Below are positions 28,604 to 38,715 of a stretch of 51,542 nt of DNA, in pieces. Origin of the DNA: Abditibacteriaceae bacterium (GTDB lineage: Bacteria > Armatimonadota > Abditibacteriia > Abditibacteriales > Abditibacteriaceae). Position 1 is the first letter of the stretch, and each line of letters begins with the position of its first letter. The notes below the pieces were generated by a model. The model was given only the letters and a program-made list of their open reading frames with translations, searched no databases and was not told the DNA's origin. Location: contig JANMKN010000255.1 in the NCBI GenBank assembly GCA_031372065.1, positions 1-51,542 of the forward strand. The letters run 5' to 3'. Position numbers and translations under genes: made by a program.

Positions 28604-31600
28604 ATGCGTGTTTTAGCCTCGGTTTTTGGGCGTTGCGGGCTGCTTTTGGCATTTTGGGCCTCGTGCGGGCAGGCGCAGCAAGCAGTTTCTCTGATGGAAG
28701 CGCAAAAACCGGGCATGGGCTGGGAGTTTGGCAACGGGCCGGAATTTCCCGGCGCGACGGGCGGCTTGGTAGTGGATGCGACAGTCAAGCACAACGGGCG
28801 CGAGACGCTCAAATTGTCCGGCGATTTCACCAAAGGCGGCAATTATGTGCAAGCCGGACGCAAGCTCGAAGCCGTTGACGCGCGCGAATTATCGTTTTGG
28901 GTGCGCAATCCCGCCGCGACGAATTTCACGCTGCGCCTCAACGATGCCAGTGGGCAAACACACCAAATTAACATCAAAACACAAGGCGATGATTGGGAGC
29001 GTATCGTGTTTCCTCTTGAGCGTTTTTTCGCCAATCGGGGCCGCGCCGATGCCGTTTCTTCCGTTACCAAATACGAATATTGGGGCGGCGCCAACGATGG
29101 CAACTGGCACGGGCCGGTAACAGGCATTTGGCTTTTGCTGGGCAAAACCGAAGATAAAAAAGCGCGCACTTTATGGCTGCAAGACATCGTTCTCACGCCG
29201 CGCCCACCGCAGGTCGCAAACGCGCAAGTTGTTGCGGAAATTTCGCTCGACGAAATCCTCGAAGGCCAACATTATTGGCGCCTCGATTTCCCGCCAACTA
29301 CGCCGGGCACACTCGAAGTCGTCAAAGATCAACCCGCGCCCGCTGAAATGGCGTTGAAATTCTCCGGCGACTTTTCCAAAGGCGGCGGTTACGTGGCGAT
29401 GGCCAAGGATTTAAAAGAACTTGACCTCGCTGATGTGCAAGCGATTAAAGTGAAAATGAAGTCGGACAACGTGCAGTCTTTTGGCATTCAACTCTCCGAT
29501 GGCACCGGCCAAACGCATCAGAAAAAAAACATTCCGATCACGCCCGACGGTCAATGGCATGAGGTTATTATCAAACCGGATGAAGTCGCGGGTATCGAAC
29601 ATTGGGGCGGCGCTAACGATGGAAAATGGCACGGCAAGCCGACGGGTTTGGTGTTCAATATGAACGAAGCGTCCGGCAAAGACACCAAGCAGCCAGTGCT
29701 GTTTATTGCCGATTTGCGCGCCGATGCCATGCAACGCGCCGTGATTCAACCGCCTGCCTTTAAAAGCGACTTTGAAGCCGACCAAACTCCCGCTAACTGG
29801 ACTGTTATCGGCTCCGCCACGATTGATAAAACCAGCGCCTTCAAAGGCAAAAATACGTTGATGCTGTCGCGTCCAGCCAACGATGCCAATTACGAACGCG
29901 CGATAACGGCAACAAGTCGCGCCTTTACTGTGGCGCCCGGTCAGTGGCAAATCAGCGCCGCCACGAAAGCCGATTTGAAATCGCCTGATGCCTCTTACAG
30001 CGGCGTGATTAATTTAGAATTGCTGGATGGCGCGGGTAAAATCGTGCAAACCGTGGCGCTTGTTGATACCTTCGGTCAACGCAATTGGACGCCGGTTAGT
30101 AAAACCATCGAAGTGCCCAAAGGCGTAACAACAGCACGCTTTCAGGCGCGCATTAACAAAGCGTTCGGGCAGTTTTATGTGGACGAAGTATCGGCGTCTT
30201 ACCTTGCGCCCGCACCAAAAAAAGACAACCGCATCGCGCGTCTTTACTTCGACACGCCGCAAATGGGCAACCTCATTTTGCCCACTGAGCCGCGCATTTT
30301 TAAGGTGACATTGGAAGCCATCAAACCATTGCGCGACAATCAGAAAAACATCGCTTGCGAAGTGCGCGATTATTGGGGCGCCGAGCAAACCAAAGGGCTG
30401 CCCGTCGCGCTGGAAAGCAAAGGCAAAAAGGGCGAAATTTTCCTCTATGAAGGCCAACTCGATTTAAGCCAGTCGCCGCTGGAAATCGGGCGTTATTACG
30501 AAATTCACGCCGCCGTGTCGCAAGAAGGCGACGAGCCGTATCGCAATTACACCACGTTTGCTATTGTGCCCGAAGCGATTACCAAAAATTACAAGTCCGA
30601 AGAAATTCCTTTCACCAGCCGCAGTTGGGACAACCGCCCGACGCCGCATATTTTGCTAACAGATCGCTTGGGCATTCGCATTTGCGGCTTGTGGGGCGGC
30701 TGGGAAGCCAAAGCGCCTTATAAAGCCGATGTGCCGCAAATTGAACTCGTAGAAAAACTGCACATGGGCTGGCTAACCGGCACTCCAGCACATTCAATTG
30801 AGCAGGGTAAAAAAGATTACGACGAAACCGCGCTGCGTCAGGGCGTGCGCAATCTCATTGAAAAATACGGTAAAGTGCGCCCGCTGTATATCAATTTGGG
30901 CAACGAGCCGCATGGCAAAGGCCAGCAAGTTTTGGATAATGTCGAAGCCTATCGCGTCATTTACGACGAAGTGAAAAAAGTTGATCCAACTGTTTTTGTT
31001 GTCGCCACTTCGGTTGAACCGAACGAAGAATATTTCAAGGCGGGCTACGGAAAATACTGCGACGCCTATGATTTTCACATCTATGAATCGGCGGATAACG
31101 TGCGGCGTTCGATGCGCGAATACAAAGATTTAATGAAAAAATACGATGTCGTGAAGCCGATTTGGTCAACGGAACTGGGCCTTAACAGCCAAGGCATGAC
31201 ACGCTACGCCGTCGCGCAAGAAGTGGTGCGCAAATTTGCCAGTTTCTTTGCTGAAGGCGGCCAAAATGTGTCGTGGTTTGGCTTGATGTATCCTGATTCG
31301 GACACCAAAAACACCGGCACTTCGGGCGAAGCGCACAACATTTTCGACACGCGTTATGGCCGTTATGCGCCCAAACTGGACGCGATTGCCGATTATAACA
31401 TGATTAACAGCATTGCCATCAAAAAGTTCGTGTCCGAAAGACACTATCCCGATGGCATCAACGCTTTTTTGTTCCGCGACCGCGACGGGAAAAACTTGCA
31501 AATTTTGTGGAAAGACAAAGGCCGCACCGATGTTTCGCTGCCTTTAAGCGGCGCCAAAGAAGTGCAAGCGATTCGTCTTGACGGAGAACGCCGCGCGCTG

Positions 31601-32950
31601 AACGCGAATAATAAAGCCATCACGTTAAGCATTTCTGAAGACCCGATTCTGCTACTTTATGACGGCGCTGCAACATTACCTGATAGGCTCGGCGCGCCTG
31701 TAGCCTCGTTGCCCAATCTGCCCGCCAACGTAGTGCGTGGCGGCGCGACGACGTTTATTATTGCGCTGGGCGGCGCGGCTGCAAATGATGTGAATTTAAC
31801 GGCACCGCATTTTTGGGACGTGAAAAAATTGCCTTCTAATAATGGCAAAAGCGTGCAATTTACCGTTACCTCGCCCGAAGACAGCGAGGTGCGCGAAGCT
31901 GATTTTACCGTGACGCTTGGCAATGAAAAAAACCGTGCGGGCGAGTTATATTTTCGCGCTCCTGTATCGGGCAAATTGGCCTTGCGCGTCTTGCCCGAAC
32001 CGGCGCGCGATGGCAAAGCGGCGGGCGTGAAACTGCTGGTTTCCAACAACAGCAAAGACGCGCAGCAAATCAGTTGGGACATGACGCTCAATCAAGAACG
32101 CGCCCTCAATAAAGGCGAGTTTGGCGCGCCAGTTTCACCCGGCGCTTATTTCGCCGAAACCGCCACCGGCGCGCTGACAATGGGCGGCAACGAAAGCAAA
32201 GAAGTTGTCGTGCCGCTTGCCAATTTCGACCCGCTGAAAATTTATCATGTGAAGTCATCCATCACCGATGCGACAGGGCGTGTTTTAAGCAACGAACGCT
32301 TTTTAGCGGGCGCCGTTTTGGTGCCCAAAGCCAAAGCCTCGCCGAAACTTGATGGCGTTTTAGATGAAGCCCTTTGGCAAAACGCGCCCGCGCAAAATAT
32401 CAACAGCGCCGAACAATTTTACGCCGTCGGCAACGCCGCCGCGCCGTGGAAAGGAGGCGCCGATTTATCCTCGAAACTGCGCTTTTTGTGGGACGAAAAA
32501 TATCTTTATATCGGCGCCGAAGTGACCGACGACAAATCCGGAAACTTGCTGCAAGATGCGATGATTTGGGCGCAAGACGGCTTGCAATTTCTCATTGACC
32601 CCTCGCGCGAATCATCGGAAAAACCGGGCAAATACGATTACGGCGTGGCCCTTAGTAAAAAAGGCCCGCAAGCATGGCGCTTTTTGTCGGCTGATGCGGG
32701 CGCACTAACCGGAGAAGCCAAAGAAGTTCTCGTTTCGGCAAAGCGCGGCGCAGGCGGCAACATCACTTATGCAGTGGCCTTTCTGTGGAGCAGCCTCGCG
32801 CCCTTCAAGCCCAGTTTGGGCGCCAATCTCGGCCTCACGATGGCGATTAACGAAGACGATGGTCTCGGACGCAAAAGTTTCGTGGCATGGTTTGGCAACG
32901 CCCACACCAAACAAGTGGACACAGTCGGCGATTTGATTTTGGGCGAGTGA
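28604..32950 (+). CDS. Large secreted multi-domain glycoside hydrolase (clan GH-A-like) with several carbohydrate-binding modules
   Basis: Signal peptide; duplicated domain with WGGANDG(N/K)WHG; LGNEP, DFHIY, IWSTELG catalytic-like motifs; C-terminal CBM9/DOMON-like LDGVLDE.W...WDEKYLY...V.DD. Confidence 0.75.
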   Translation: MRVLASVFGRCGLLLAFWASCGQAQQAVSLMEAQKPGMGWEFGNGPEFPGATGGLVVDATVKHNGRETLKLSGDFTKGGNYVQAGRKLEAVDARELSFWVRNPAATNFTLRLNDASGQTHQINIKTQGDDWERIVFPLERFFANRGRADAVSSVTKYEYWGGANDGNWHGPVTGIWLLLGKTEDKKARTLWLQDIVLTPRPPQVANAQVVAEISLDEILEGQHYWRLDFPPTTPGTLEVVKDQPAPAEMALKFSGDFSKGGGYVAMAKDLKELDLADVQAIKVKMKSDNVQSFGIQLSDGTGQTHQKKNIPITPDGQWHEVIIKPDEVAGIEHWGGANDGKWHGKPTGLVFNMNEASGKDTKQPVLFIADLRADAMQRAVIQPPAFKSDFEADQTPANWTVIGSATIDKTSAFKGKNTLMLSRPANDANYERAITATSRAFTVAPGQWQISAATKADLKSPDASYSGVINLELLDGAGKIVQTVALVDTFGQRNWTPVSKTIEVPKGVTTARFQARINKAFGQFYVDEVSASYLAPAPKKDNRIARLYFDTPQMGNLILPTEPRIFKVTLEAIKPLRDNQKNIACEVRDYWGAEQTKGLPVALESKGKKGEIFLYEGQLDLSQSPLEIGRYYEIHAAVSQEGDEPYRNYTTFAIVPEAITKNYKSEEIPFTSRSWDNRPTPHILLTDRLGIRICGLWGGWEAKAPYKADVPQIELVEKLHMGWLTGTPAHSIEQGKKDYDETALRQGVRNLIEKYGKVRPLYINLGNEPHGKGQQVLDNVEAYRVIYDEVKKVDPTVFVVATSVEPNEEYFKAGYGKYCDAYDFHIYESADNVRRSMREYKDLMKKYDVVKPIWSTELGLNSQGMTRYAVAQEVVRKFASFFAEGGQNVSWFGLMYPDSDTKNTGTSGEAHNIFDTRYGRYAPKLDAIADYNMINSIAIKKFVSERHYPDGINAFLFRDRDGKNLQILWKDKGRTDVSLPLSGAKEVQAIRLDGERRALNANNKAITLSISEDPILLLYDGAATLPDRLGAPVASLPNLPANVVRGGATTFIIALGGAAANDVNLTAPHFWDVKKLPSNNGKSVQFTVTSPEDSEVREADFTVTLGNEKNRAGELYFRAPVSGKLALRVLPEPARDGKAAGVKLLVSNNSKDAQQISWDMTLNQERALNKGEFGAPVSPGAYFAETATGALTMGGNESKEVVVPLANFDPLKIYHVKSSITDATGRVLSNERFLAGAVLVPKAKASPKLDGVLDEALWQNAPAQNINSAEQFYAVGNAAAPWKGGADLSSKLRFLWDEKYLYIGAEVTDDKSGNLLQDAMIWAQDGLQFLIDPSRESSEKPGKYDYGVALSKKGPQAWRFLSADAGALTGEAKEVLVSAKRGAGGNITYAVAFLWSSLAPFKPSLGANLGLTMAINEDDGLGRKSFVAWFGNAHTKQVDTVGDLILGE

Positions 32951-32982
32951 CAGAACGTAGAACGTAAATTACGCAAACTGAA

Positions 32983-33008
32983 CGCAAATCTTTTTCAAAA
33001 GATTTGCG
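32983..33008. repeat. Intergenic hairpin preceded by short aacg(c/t)aaa repeats
   Basis: cgcaaatctttt-tc-aaaagatttgcg perfect 12-bp stem. Confidence 0.5.
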
Positions 33009-33053
33009 GAAATTCTCGAAAATTGGCGCCCTGTGCGTTCGATTCCAATTCCT

Positions 33054-34892
33054 ATGAGATCGCTTCTTTTTTTAGCGCTGTTTTATCTTGTGGCGCAGAC
33101 GCAAGCGCAAAATAAGCCGAACATTTTGTGGCTTACCAGTGAAGATCACGGGCCGCACATGGGCTGTTATGGCGATGCGTATGCTACGACGCCAAATGTG
33201 GATGCTCTGGCGAAAAAGGCTTTGCTTTATAAGTTTTGCTGGTCGAACGCGCCGGTTTGCGCGCCGGCGCGCACCACTTTAATTAGCGGATTGTATCCGA
33301 CTTCAACTGGCGGCGAACATATGCGCAGTATGGTCAAAATGCCGCGCGGCACCAAGATGTATCCGCAGTTTTTGCGCGAAGCCGGTTACTATTGCACCAA
33401 CAATTCCAAGACCGATTACAACCTCGAAGAGCCGGGCAAGGTGTGGGACGAATCATCGGCCACAGCGCATTGGAAAAACCGGCCCGACGGTGCGCCGTTT
33501 TTTGCGATTTTCAATTCGATGAAAAGTCACGAAAGCCAGATTCGCACGCGCCCGCATCAACAAATTCATGACCCCGCCAAAGCGCGCGTGCCGGCTTATC
33601 ATCCCGATACGTCCGAAGTGCGCCGCGATTGGGCGCAGTATTACGACACGGTAACCGCAGCCGACGCCGATGCGGGCCAGCGTTTGAAAGAACTCGAAGA
33701 CGCGGGCCTGACTGAAGACACCATTATTTTCTATTACGCCGACCACGGTTCGGGAATGCCGCGTAGCAAACGCTGGCCGTATAACTCCGGTTTGCAGGTG
33801 CCGCTGGTGGTTTATATTCCCGAAAAATACAAAGACTTGCGCCCGCCTGAATACAAAGCCGGTGGCACTTCACAGCGACTTGTCAGCTTTGTTGATTTCG
33901 CGCCGACGGTGCTTTCCATTGCCGGCATTGCGGCGCCCGATTGGATGCAAGGCCACGCCTTCCTCGGCAAATTTACGGCGCCCGTGCAGCCTTATGTTTA
34001 TGGTTTTCGCGGGCGCATGGACGAGCGTTACGATTGTGTGCGCAGCGTCAGCGATGGCCGCTATGTATACATTCGCAACTTCCGGCCCGATAAAATTTAC
34101 GGTCAACATATCAACTATATGTGGCAAACGCCGACCACTGCCGTATGGGAGAAACTGTTCAAAGAAGGCAAGCTAAACGCCGCGCAAGCGGCCTTTTGGA
34201 ACACCAAACCTGTCGAAGAACTTTACGATTTGCAAAGTGACCGCGACGAAGTGAACAACTTGGCGCTGTTACCGCAAAACGCGGACATTCTCGCCAAAAT
34301 GCGCGTTGCGCTGCACAATCATCAACTGCAAATTCGCGATGTCGGACTTTTGCCCGAAGGCGAATTTTATCGCCGCAGCGCAAACACAACGCCCTACGAT
34401 TTCGCGCACGAGGCGGCCTTTCCGATGGAGAAAATTTTGGCGACTGCCGAACTCGCGGCTTCGCTCAAACCTGAAGCCACGCCGCAGTTGAAAAATGCGT
34501 TATCCGATGCCGAGAGCGCCGTGCGTTATTGGGCCGTTTTAGGGCTTATGATGCGCGGCACTCTTGCTGTGAACGGTGCGCGCGATGAACTCACGAAGCT
34601 ATGGAATGATGAATCGCCAGATGTAAAAATCGCCGCTGCCGAAGCGCTGGGTCGCTATGGCAACGATGCCGATTTGAATCGCATTTTGCCCCTACTCGGC
34701 CAGTGGGCGAACTGGAAAAATAACGACGTTTTCACCGTGATGGCCGCACTCAATGCTATTGACGCGTTGGGCAACAAATCCGCTTCCCTAAAAGAAACTA
34801 TCAATGCCTTGCCGGAGGACGGCCCCGCGCCCAACCCGCGCTACAAAGAATATCCTCCACGCTTGTTGGAAGAATTGAAAGCGAAATTGTGA
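33054..34892 (+). CDS. Sulfatase (formylglycine-dependent) with C-terminal HEAT-like repeats
   Basis: PNILWLTSED, TPNVD, CAPAR signature, ADHG, EELYDL; VRYWA / VKIAAAEALG repeats. Confidence 0.92.
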   Translation: MRSLLFLALFYLVAQTQAQNKPNILWLTSEDHGPHMGCYGDAYATTPNVDALAKKALLYKFCWSNAPVCAPARTTLISGLYPTSTGGEHMRSMVKMPRGTKMYPQFLREAGYYCTNNSKTDYNLEEPGKVWDESSATAHWKNRPDGAPFFAIFNSMKSHESQIRTRPHQQIHDPAKARVPAYHPDTSEVRRDWAQYYDTVTAADADAGQRLKELEDAGLTEDTIIFYYADHGSGMPRSKRWPYNSGLQVPLVVYIPEKYKDLRPPEYKAGGTSQRLVSFVDFAPTVLSIAGIAAPDWMQGHAFLGKFTAPVQPYVYGFRGRMDERYDCVRSVSDGRYVYIRNFRPDKIYGQHINYMWQTPTTAVWEKLFKEGKLNAAQAAFWNTKPVEELYDLQSDRDEVNNLALLPQNADILAKMRVALHNHQLQIRDVGLLPEGEFYRRSANTTPYDFAHEAAFPMEKILATAELAASLKPEATPQLKNALSDAESAVRYWAVLGLMMRGTLAVNGARDELTKLWNDESPDVKIAAAEALGRYGNDADLNRILPLLGQWANWKNNDVFTVMAALNAIDALGNKSASLKETINALPEDGPAPNPRYKEYPPRLLEELKAKL

Positions 34893-34969
34893 GGCCATTT
34901 TTAGAGTGGTTTTGCGGAGCAATCGCAGCTATCTAATGCTGTCCAACTTCCAAGCTGTTTGAAAAACTC

Positions 34970-37606
34970 ATGAAACCTCTTGCCACTTTGCTGTTTGCCG
35001 TTTTGTTCGTGGTGCCCGTTCAGGCTGCGACGGTTTTGCGCGAATGGAAAGCTGACGATTTGATGAGATGGTCGGGCGGCGCACTGAAAAAACAGCGTCT
35101 CGAAAATGGCGTGCTAACGTTGGACGCCGGGCCGGGCGATGCCATGTTGATTAGCCCAGTTTTCGAGGCGTTTGATGCCAACCCGTCGCAGCGCATCGAA
35201 TTGGAAATGCAAAGCGATGTGTTCGGCCCGGCGCAGTGGTTTTGGACGGGCAGCACTGAAGGCAAATTTGGCGGCTTCTCCGGCGAGAAAACTACGGCGT
35301 TCAGCACTGTGGCGGGCGGCTTTACCACTTATCATCTCGAACCGTTCTGGCAGGCCGAAAAGCGCATTTTGCGTTTGCGCCTCGATTTTCCCGAACAGCA
35401 GGCCGGGCATTACATCATCAAAGCGCTGCGCATTGTCGAAGAGGCACCCTCCGCGCCCCTTGCCTTGCCGCTGCGCGCTGTGCCGTTGGAAAATGGCTTG
35501 TGGCGCGGGCGACTAAATTGGCTGGCCGAGCAAGGTTCGTTCGCCACCGTGCGCATGACGACACCCCTTGGTGCGGGACAAGTCGGCGCGCTGAGTTTTG
35601 CCAGCGATGCCGTCAATGGTTTGCATCGCGTGACCTTTCCGCTGCGCGCCGACGGGCAAGCGCACACTTACAACATAGATATGGGCGCCGATGTCAACTG
35701 GCGCGGACACATTATCGAATTGCGTTTGCAACCCGTTGTCGGACAAAAAACGAACGCGCAAATTGCCTCGCTGTCGCTGGGCACCGAACCGCAAGGCCCA
35801 GCCGATTTGCAGGTCACATTTCTTGGTTTGCACGACCCAATGGCACGTTCTGGCAAGCCTGTCAAACTCGAAGCGATAATCGTTAATCACGGCGGCGAAG
35901 CGGCCCAAAACCTTAAGGCGCAATTGAAAGTCAACGGCGCGCGATTGCTTTCTGCGGACGCGCCGCCCGCGCAAATTGAATATGGCGTGCCCGAAAAACT
36001 GTCGTGGATAGTGCAGGCCGATAAACCCAACGTGGCGCGCGCCACTTTAACGTTGCCGGGTGCAACAGCATATACAACAATGCTCGACTTTCGCGCACCG
36101 CTGAATTTGCCCAAAGCCGCTTATGTGCCAGTGCCCAAGCCCGCCAAAAGCGATTATTTAGTCGGCGCTTATTATTTTCCGGGCTGGAACACTGCTTCGC
36201 GCTGGGCGCCGCTGCGAGCGTTTTCCGAACGGCAGCCTTTGCTTGGTTGGTATCACGAAGGCGACCCCGAAGTCGCCGATTGGCATATCAAATGGGCCGT
36301 CGAACACGGCATCAATTTCTTTCTTTACGACTGGTATTGGGATCGCGGCGCGCGACAACTCGAACACGGTCTTGAGGCTCTATTTAAGGCGCGTTATAGC
36401 AACGCCCTCAAATTTTGTTTGCTTTATGCCAATCACAACAGTGCAGGCTCGCATTCCGCTGAAGACTTTGAGCAAATCACCAAATTTTGGATTGATAATT
36501 ATTTTAAGCGGCCCAATTATTTGAAGGTGGACGGCAAGCCGATTGTAGTGATGTTCGCCGCGCAAAATCCGGCCCACGATATGGGTGTCGAAAACGTCAA
36601 AGCGACCTTTGAAAAAATGCGCGCCCTGTGCCGCGAGGCTGGTTTCAAAGGTTTGTATTTGGTGGCGTGCAGCAACGATGGCACTGGCCCGTTGGCGCAA
36701 CTCAAAGCAATGGGCTACGATGCGGTGACCGCTTACAACTGGCCCGCTTTGAACATGACAAGTGCCGAAACTGCTGCGCACCGCGCCTCTTATGAAACGA
36801 ACATCGAAGGCTACAAAGCTGCGTGGCAACGCCTCGCCGAGGCCGATGTTTTGAAATTGATTCCGCCCGTCGCGGCGGGTTGGGATTCGCGCCCTTGGGC
36901 TGGCGATAAAGCGCTGGTGCGCTATGGTCGCACGCCACAATTGTTTAAGCGCCACTTGCAAGACGCCAAGCAATTTCTCGACACGCGCGAGCAAAACCCG
37001 AAACTGAAAATGCTGCTTGTTGAAGCGTGGAACGAGCTGGGCGAAGGCAGTTACATTGAGCCGCACCGTGAATTTGGCTTTGGCTATCTTGAAGCAATCC
37101 GTGAGGTTTTCGCGCCACAATCCGCAAAGCCGCAGGAAATTTTGCCGTCGGATATTGGACTTGGCCCTTATGATGTCGCGCGCGAACCGACCACAACGCA
37201 ATGGAATTTCGTGAAAGCAAAAACGCCGCTTGGCTGGGAAGGCAACATAGCGAAACTTCGCATCGAAGACGGCGCTTTGTATTTTACTACGCGCGGCAAT
37301 GATCCGATTCTGGGCAGTCCGAGTTTGTTGCTGCGCGCTGCGCGCTACCCGAATTTTGTGATGAAAATCAAAGCCAGCCGAGATGTAGACGGGCAACTTT
37401 TTTGGTCTACCACGTCATCGCCCCTCAGTGAAGCCAACAGCGTGCGTTTTGCCATTGAAGGCGATGGAAAGTTTCACGAAATCAAAGTGCGCCTCGCCGA
37501 TAAGTCGCGCTGGCGCGGCGTGATTACTGGCCTGCGTTTCGACCCCGGCAGCTTCGATAATGTTGAGATTGAAATTGAATCTATCCTCTTGGGAAATGCG
37601 CCGTAA
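34970..37606 (+). CDS. Secreted glycoside hydrolase family 99-like (WbsX-like) domain protein
   Basis: Signal peptide; AYYFPGW, DWYW, FCLLYANH, YLKVDGKP, GWDSRPW, AWNELGEGSYIEP; three similar accessory modules ending LRLDFP / LRLQP / LRFDP. Confidence 0.8.
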   Translation: MKPLATLLFAVLFVVPVQAATVLREWKADDLMRWSGGALKKQRLENGVLTLDAGPGDAMLISPVFEAFDANPSQRIELEMQSDVFGPAQWFWTGSTEGKFGGFSGEKTTAFSTVAGGFTTYHLEPFWQAEKRILRLRLDFPEQQAGHYIIKALRIVEEAPSAPLALPLRAVPLENGLWRGRLNWLAEQGSFATVRMTTPLGAGQVGALSFASDAVNGLHRVTFPLRADGQAHTYNIDMGADVNWRGHIIELRLQPVVGQKTNAQIASLSLGTEPQGPADLQVTFLGLHDPMARSGKPVKLEAIIVNHGGEAAQNLKAQLKVNGARLLSADAPPAQIEYGVPEKLSWIVQADKPNVARATLTLPGATAYTTMLDFRAPLNLPKAAYVPVPKPAKSDYLVGAYYFPGWNTASRWAPLRAFSERQPLLGWYHEGDPEVADWHIKWAVEHGINFFLYDWYWDRGARQLEHGLEALFKARYSNALKFCLLYANHNSAGSHSAEDFEQITKFWIDNYFKRPNYLKVDGKPIVVMFAAQNPAHDMGVENVKATFEKMRALCREAGFKGLYLVACSNDGTGPLAQLKAMGYDAVTAYNWPALNMTSAETAAHRASYETNIEGYKAAWQRLAEADVLKLIPPVAAGWDSRPWAGDKALVRYGRTPQLFKRHLQDAKQFLDTREQNPKLKMLLVEAWNELGEGSYIEPHREFGFGYLEAIREVFAPQSAKPQEILPSDIGLGPYDVAREPTTTQWNFVKAKTPLGWEGNIAKLRIEDGALYFTTRGNDPILGSPSLLLRAARYPNFVMKIKASRDVDGQLFWSTTSSPLSEANSVRFAIEGDGKFHEIKVRLADKSRWRGVITGLRFDPGSFDNVEIEIESILLGNAP

Positions 37607-37754
37607 ATTTACAAGGCGATAGGCATCCAAAGGATTTCGTCATTGCTTTGCCGCCGTCTCTTGTAATCACAAAAGCGTTTTGTTTTAATTGCTGTGATTG
37701 CGCGCTAAATAAGGCAAGCGCACAAGTTGTTAAGCAGGATAAGGAGAAAATGAT

Positions 37755-38669
37755 ATGGCAAAGTTGAATTTCGACACAGTGAAACCGGAGTATGAAAACC
37801 TTTTCGCCACAATGGTGATAAAGGATTCGCGCGTGGCCGAAGCGGATGACATTGTAACGAAAATCGCCGCTCACAAAAGCGTCTACGAAACAATCATGCA
37901 AGCGACAGGTGTGCCGTGGCAACTGATCGGCATTTTTCACAGCATGGAAGCAAGCCTCAATTTTGGCGCGCATTTGCACAACGGGGACTCGCTAAAGGCG
38001 CGCACTGTGCAAGTGCCCAAAGGACGCCCTAAAACCGGCAATCCGCCGTTCACTTTTGCCGAAAGCGCCATTGATGCGTTGCAATTCGATGGACTGGCGG
38101 GCCTCACCAGTTGGGAACTGGCCGAGACGCTGTTTCGCCTCGAAAAATATAATGGCGTTGGCTATCGCAGCCGAGGCATCAACACGCCGTATTTGTGGAG
38201 CTATTCCAACCATTACACCAAAGGAAAGTTTGTGGCGGACGGCCATTTTGATCCCAACGCCGTCTCCAAACAGTGCGGCGCAGCGGTGATCCTGAGGCGC
38301 ATGATAGACCGCGAAGTTTTCTCGTTTGCCGGAATGCCGCGCGAACTGGGTGTTGTGGTCAATGGTACTTTGCAGCCTTCGGTTTTGGCCTTCGTGCAAA
38401 AAGGAAATTCGTGGATTGCACCGCGCCCTTTTTCCGCTTTCATCCCCGGCCTCAGTGTAGCTGCCGTTAGCAACAATCCTTTGCGTATCACGGTGCAATA
38501 CACACCCGGCAGCAACGTTAGCAAGGCCAAAACCCGCGCCTTCGCGGGCGAAACTTTTCATAGCAACGGCCATGTGGATGCTTCTGATTTAATCAGCGAT
38601 TTCCTCGGCATGAAACTGAGTTTCGATGGCTCTGCCACGCCCGGACGGTTAGTCATCAATACGAAATAA
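37755..38669 (+). CDS. Lysozyme-like peptidoglycan hydrolase family protein
   Basis: TGVPW..IG.FHSMEAS, HLHNGDSL.ARTVQVPKGRP, LEKYNG.GY, PYLWS, GKFVADG; AAGGAG RBS. Confidence 0.8.
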   Translation: MAKLNFDTVKPEYENLFATMVIKDSRVAEADDIVTKIAAHKSVYETIMQATGVPWQLIGIFHSMEASLNFGAHLHNGDSLKARTVQVPKGRPKTGNPPFTFAESAIDALQFDGLAGLTSWELAETLFRLEKYNGVGYRSRGINTPYLWSYSNHYTKGKFVADGHFDPNAVSKQCGAAVILRRMIDREVFSFAGMPRELGVVVNGTLQPSVLAFVQKGNSWIAPRPFSAFIPGLSVAAVSNNPLRITVQYTPGSNVSKAKTRAFAGETFHSNGHVDASDLISDFLGMKLSFDGSATPGRLVINTK

Positions 38670-38715
38670 CAATCGCTGTTTGGCTTGAATGTGAATCGCT
38701 AAGGCCCGAAAAACT

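Noticed and set aside
28271..28842. Minus-strand ORFs of 73 and 155 aa over array C
   Set aside because: Repeat-derived or antisense to the glycoside hydrolase start; no independent coding evidence
36380..37396. 338-aa antisense ORF and many similar shadow ORFs
   Set aside because: Opposite well-supported genes; expected in GC-rich coding DNA; no motifs
37608..37670. Possible riboswitch upstream of the lysozyme-like gene
   Set aside because: Only a weak ttacaag/cttgtaa closing stem; no recognisable riboswitch consensus; an Rfam search would be needed
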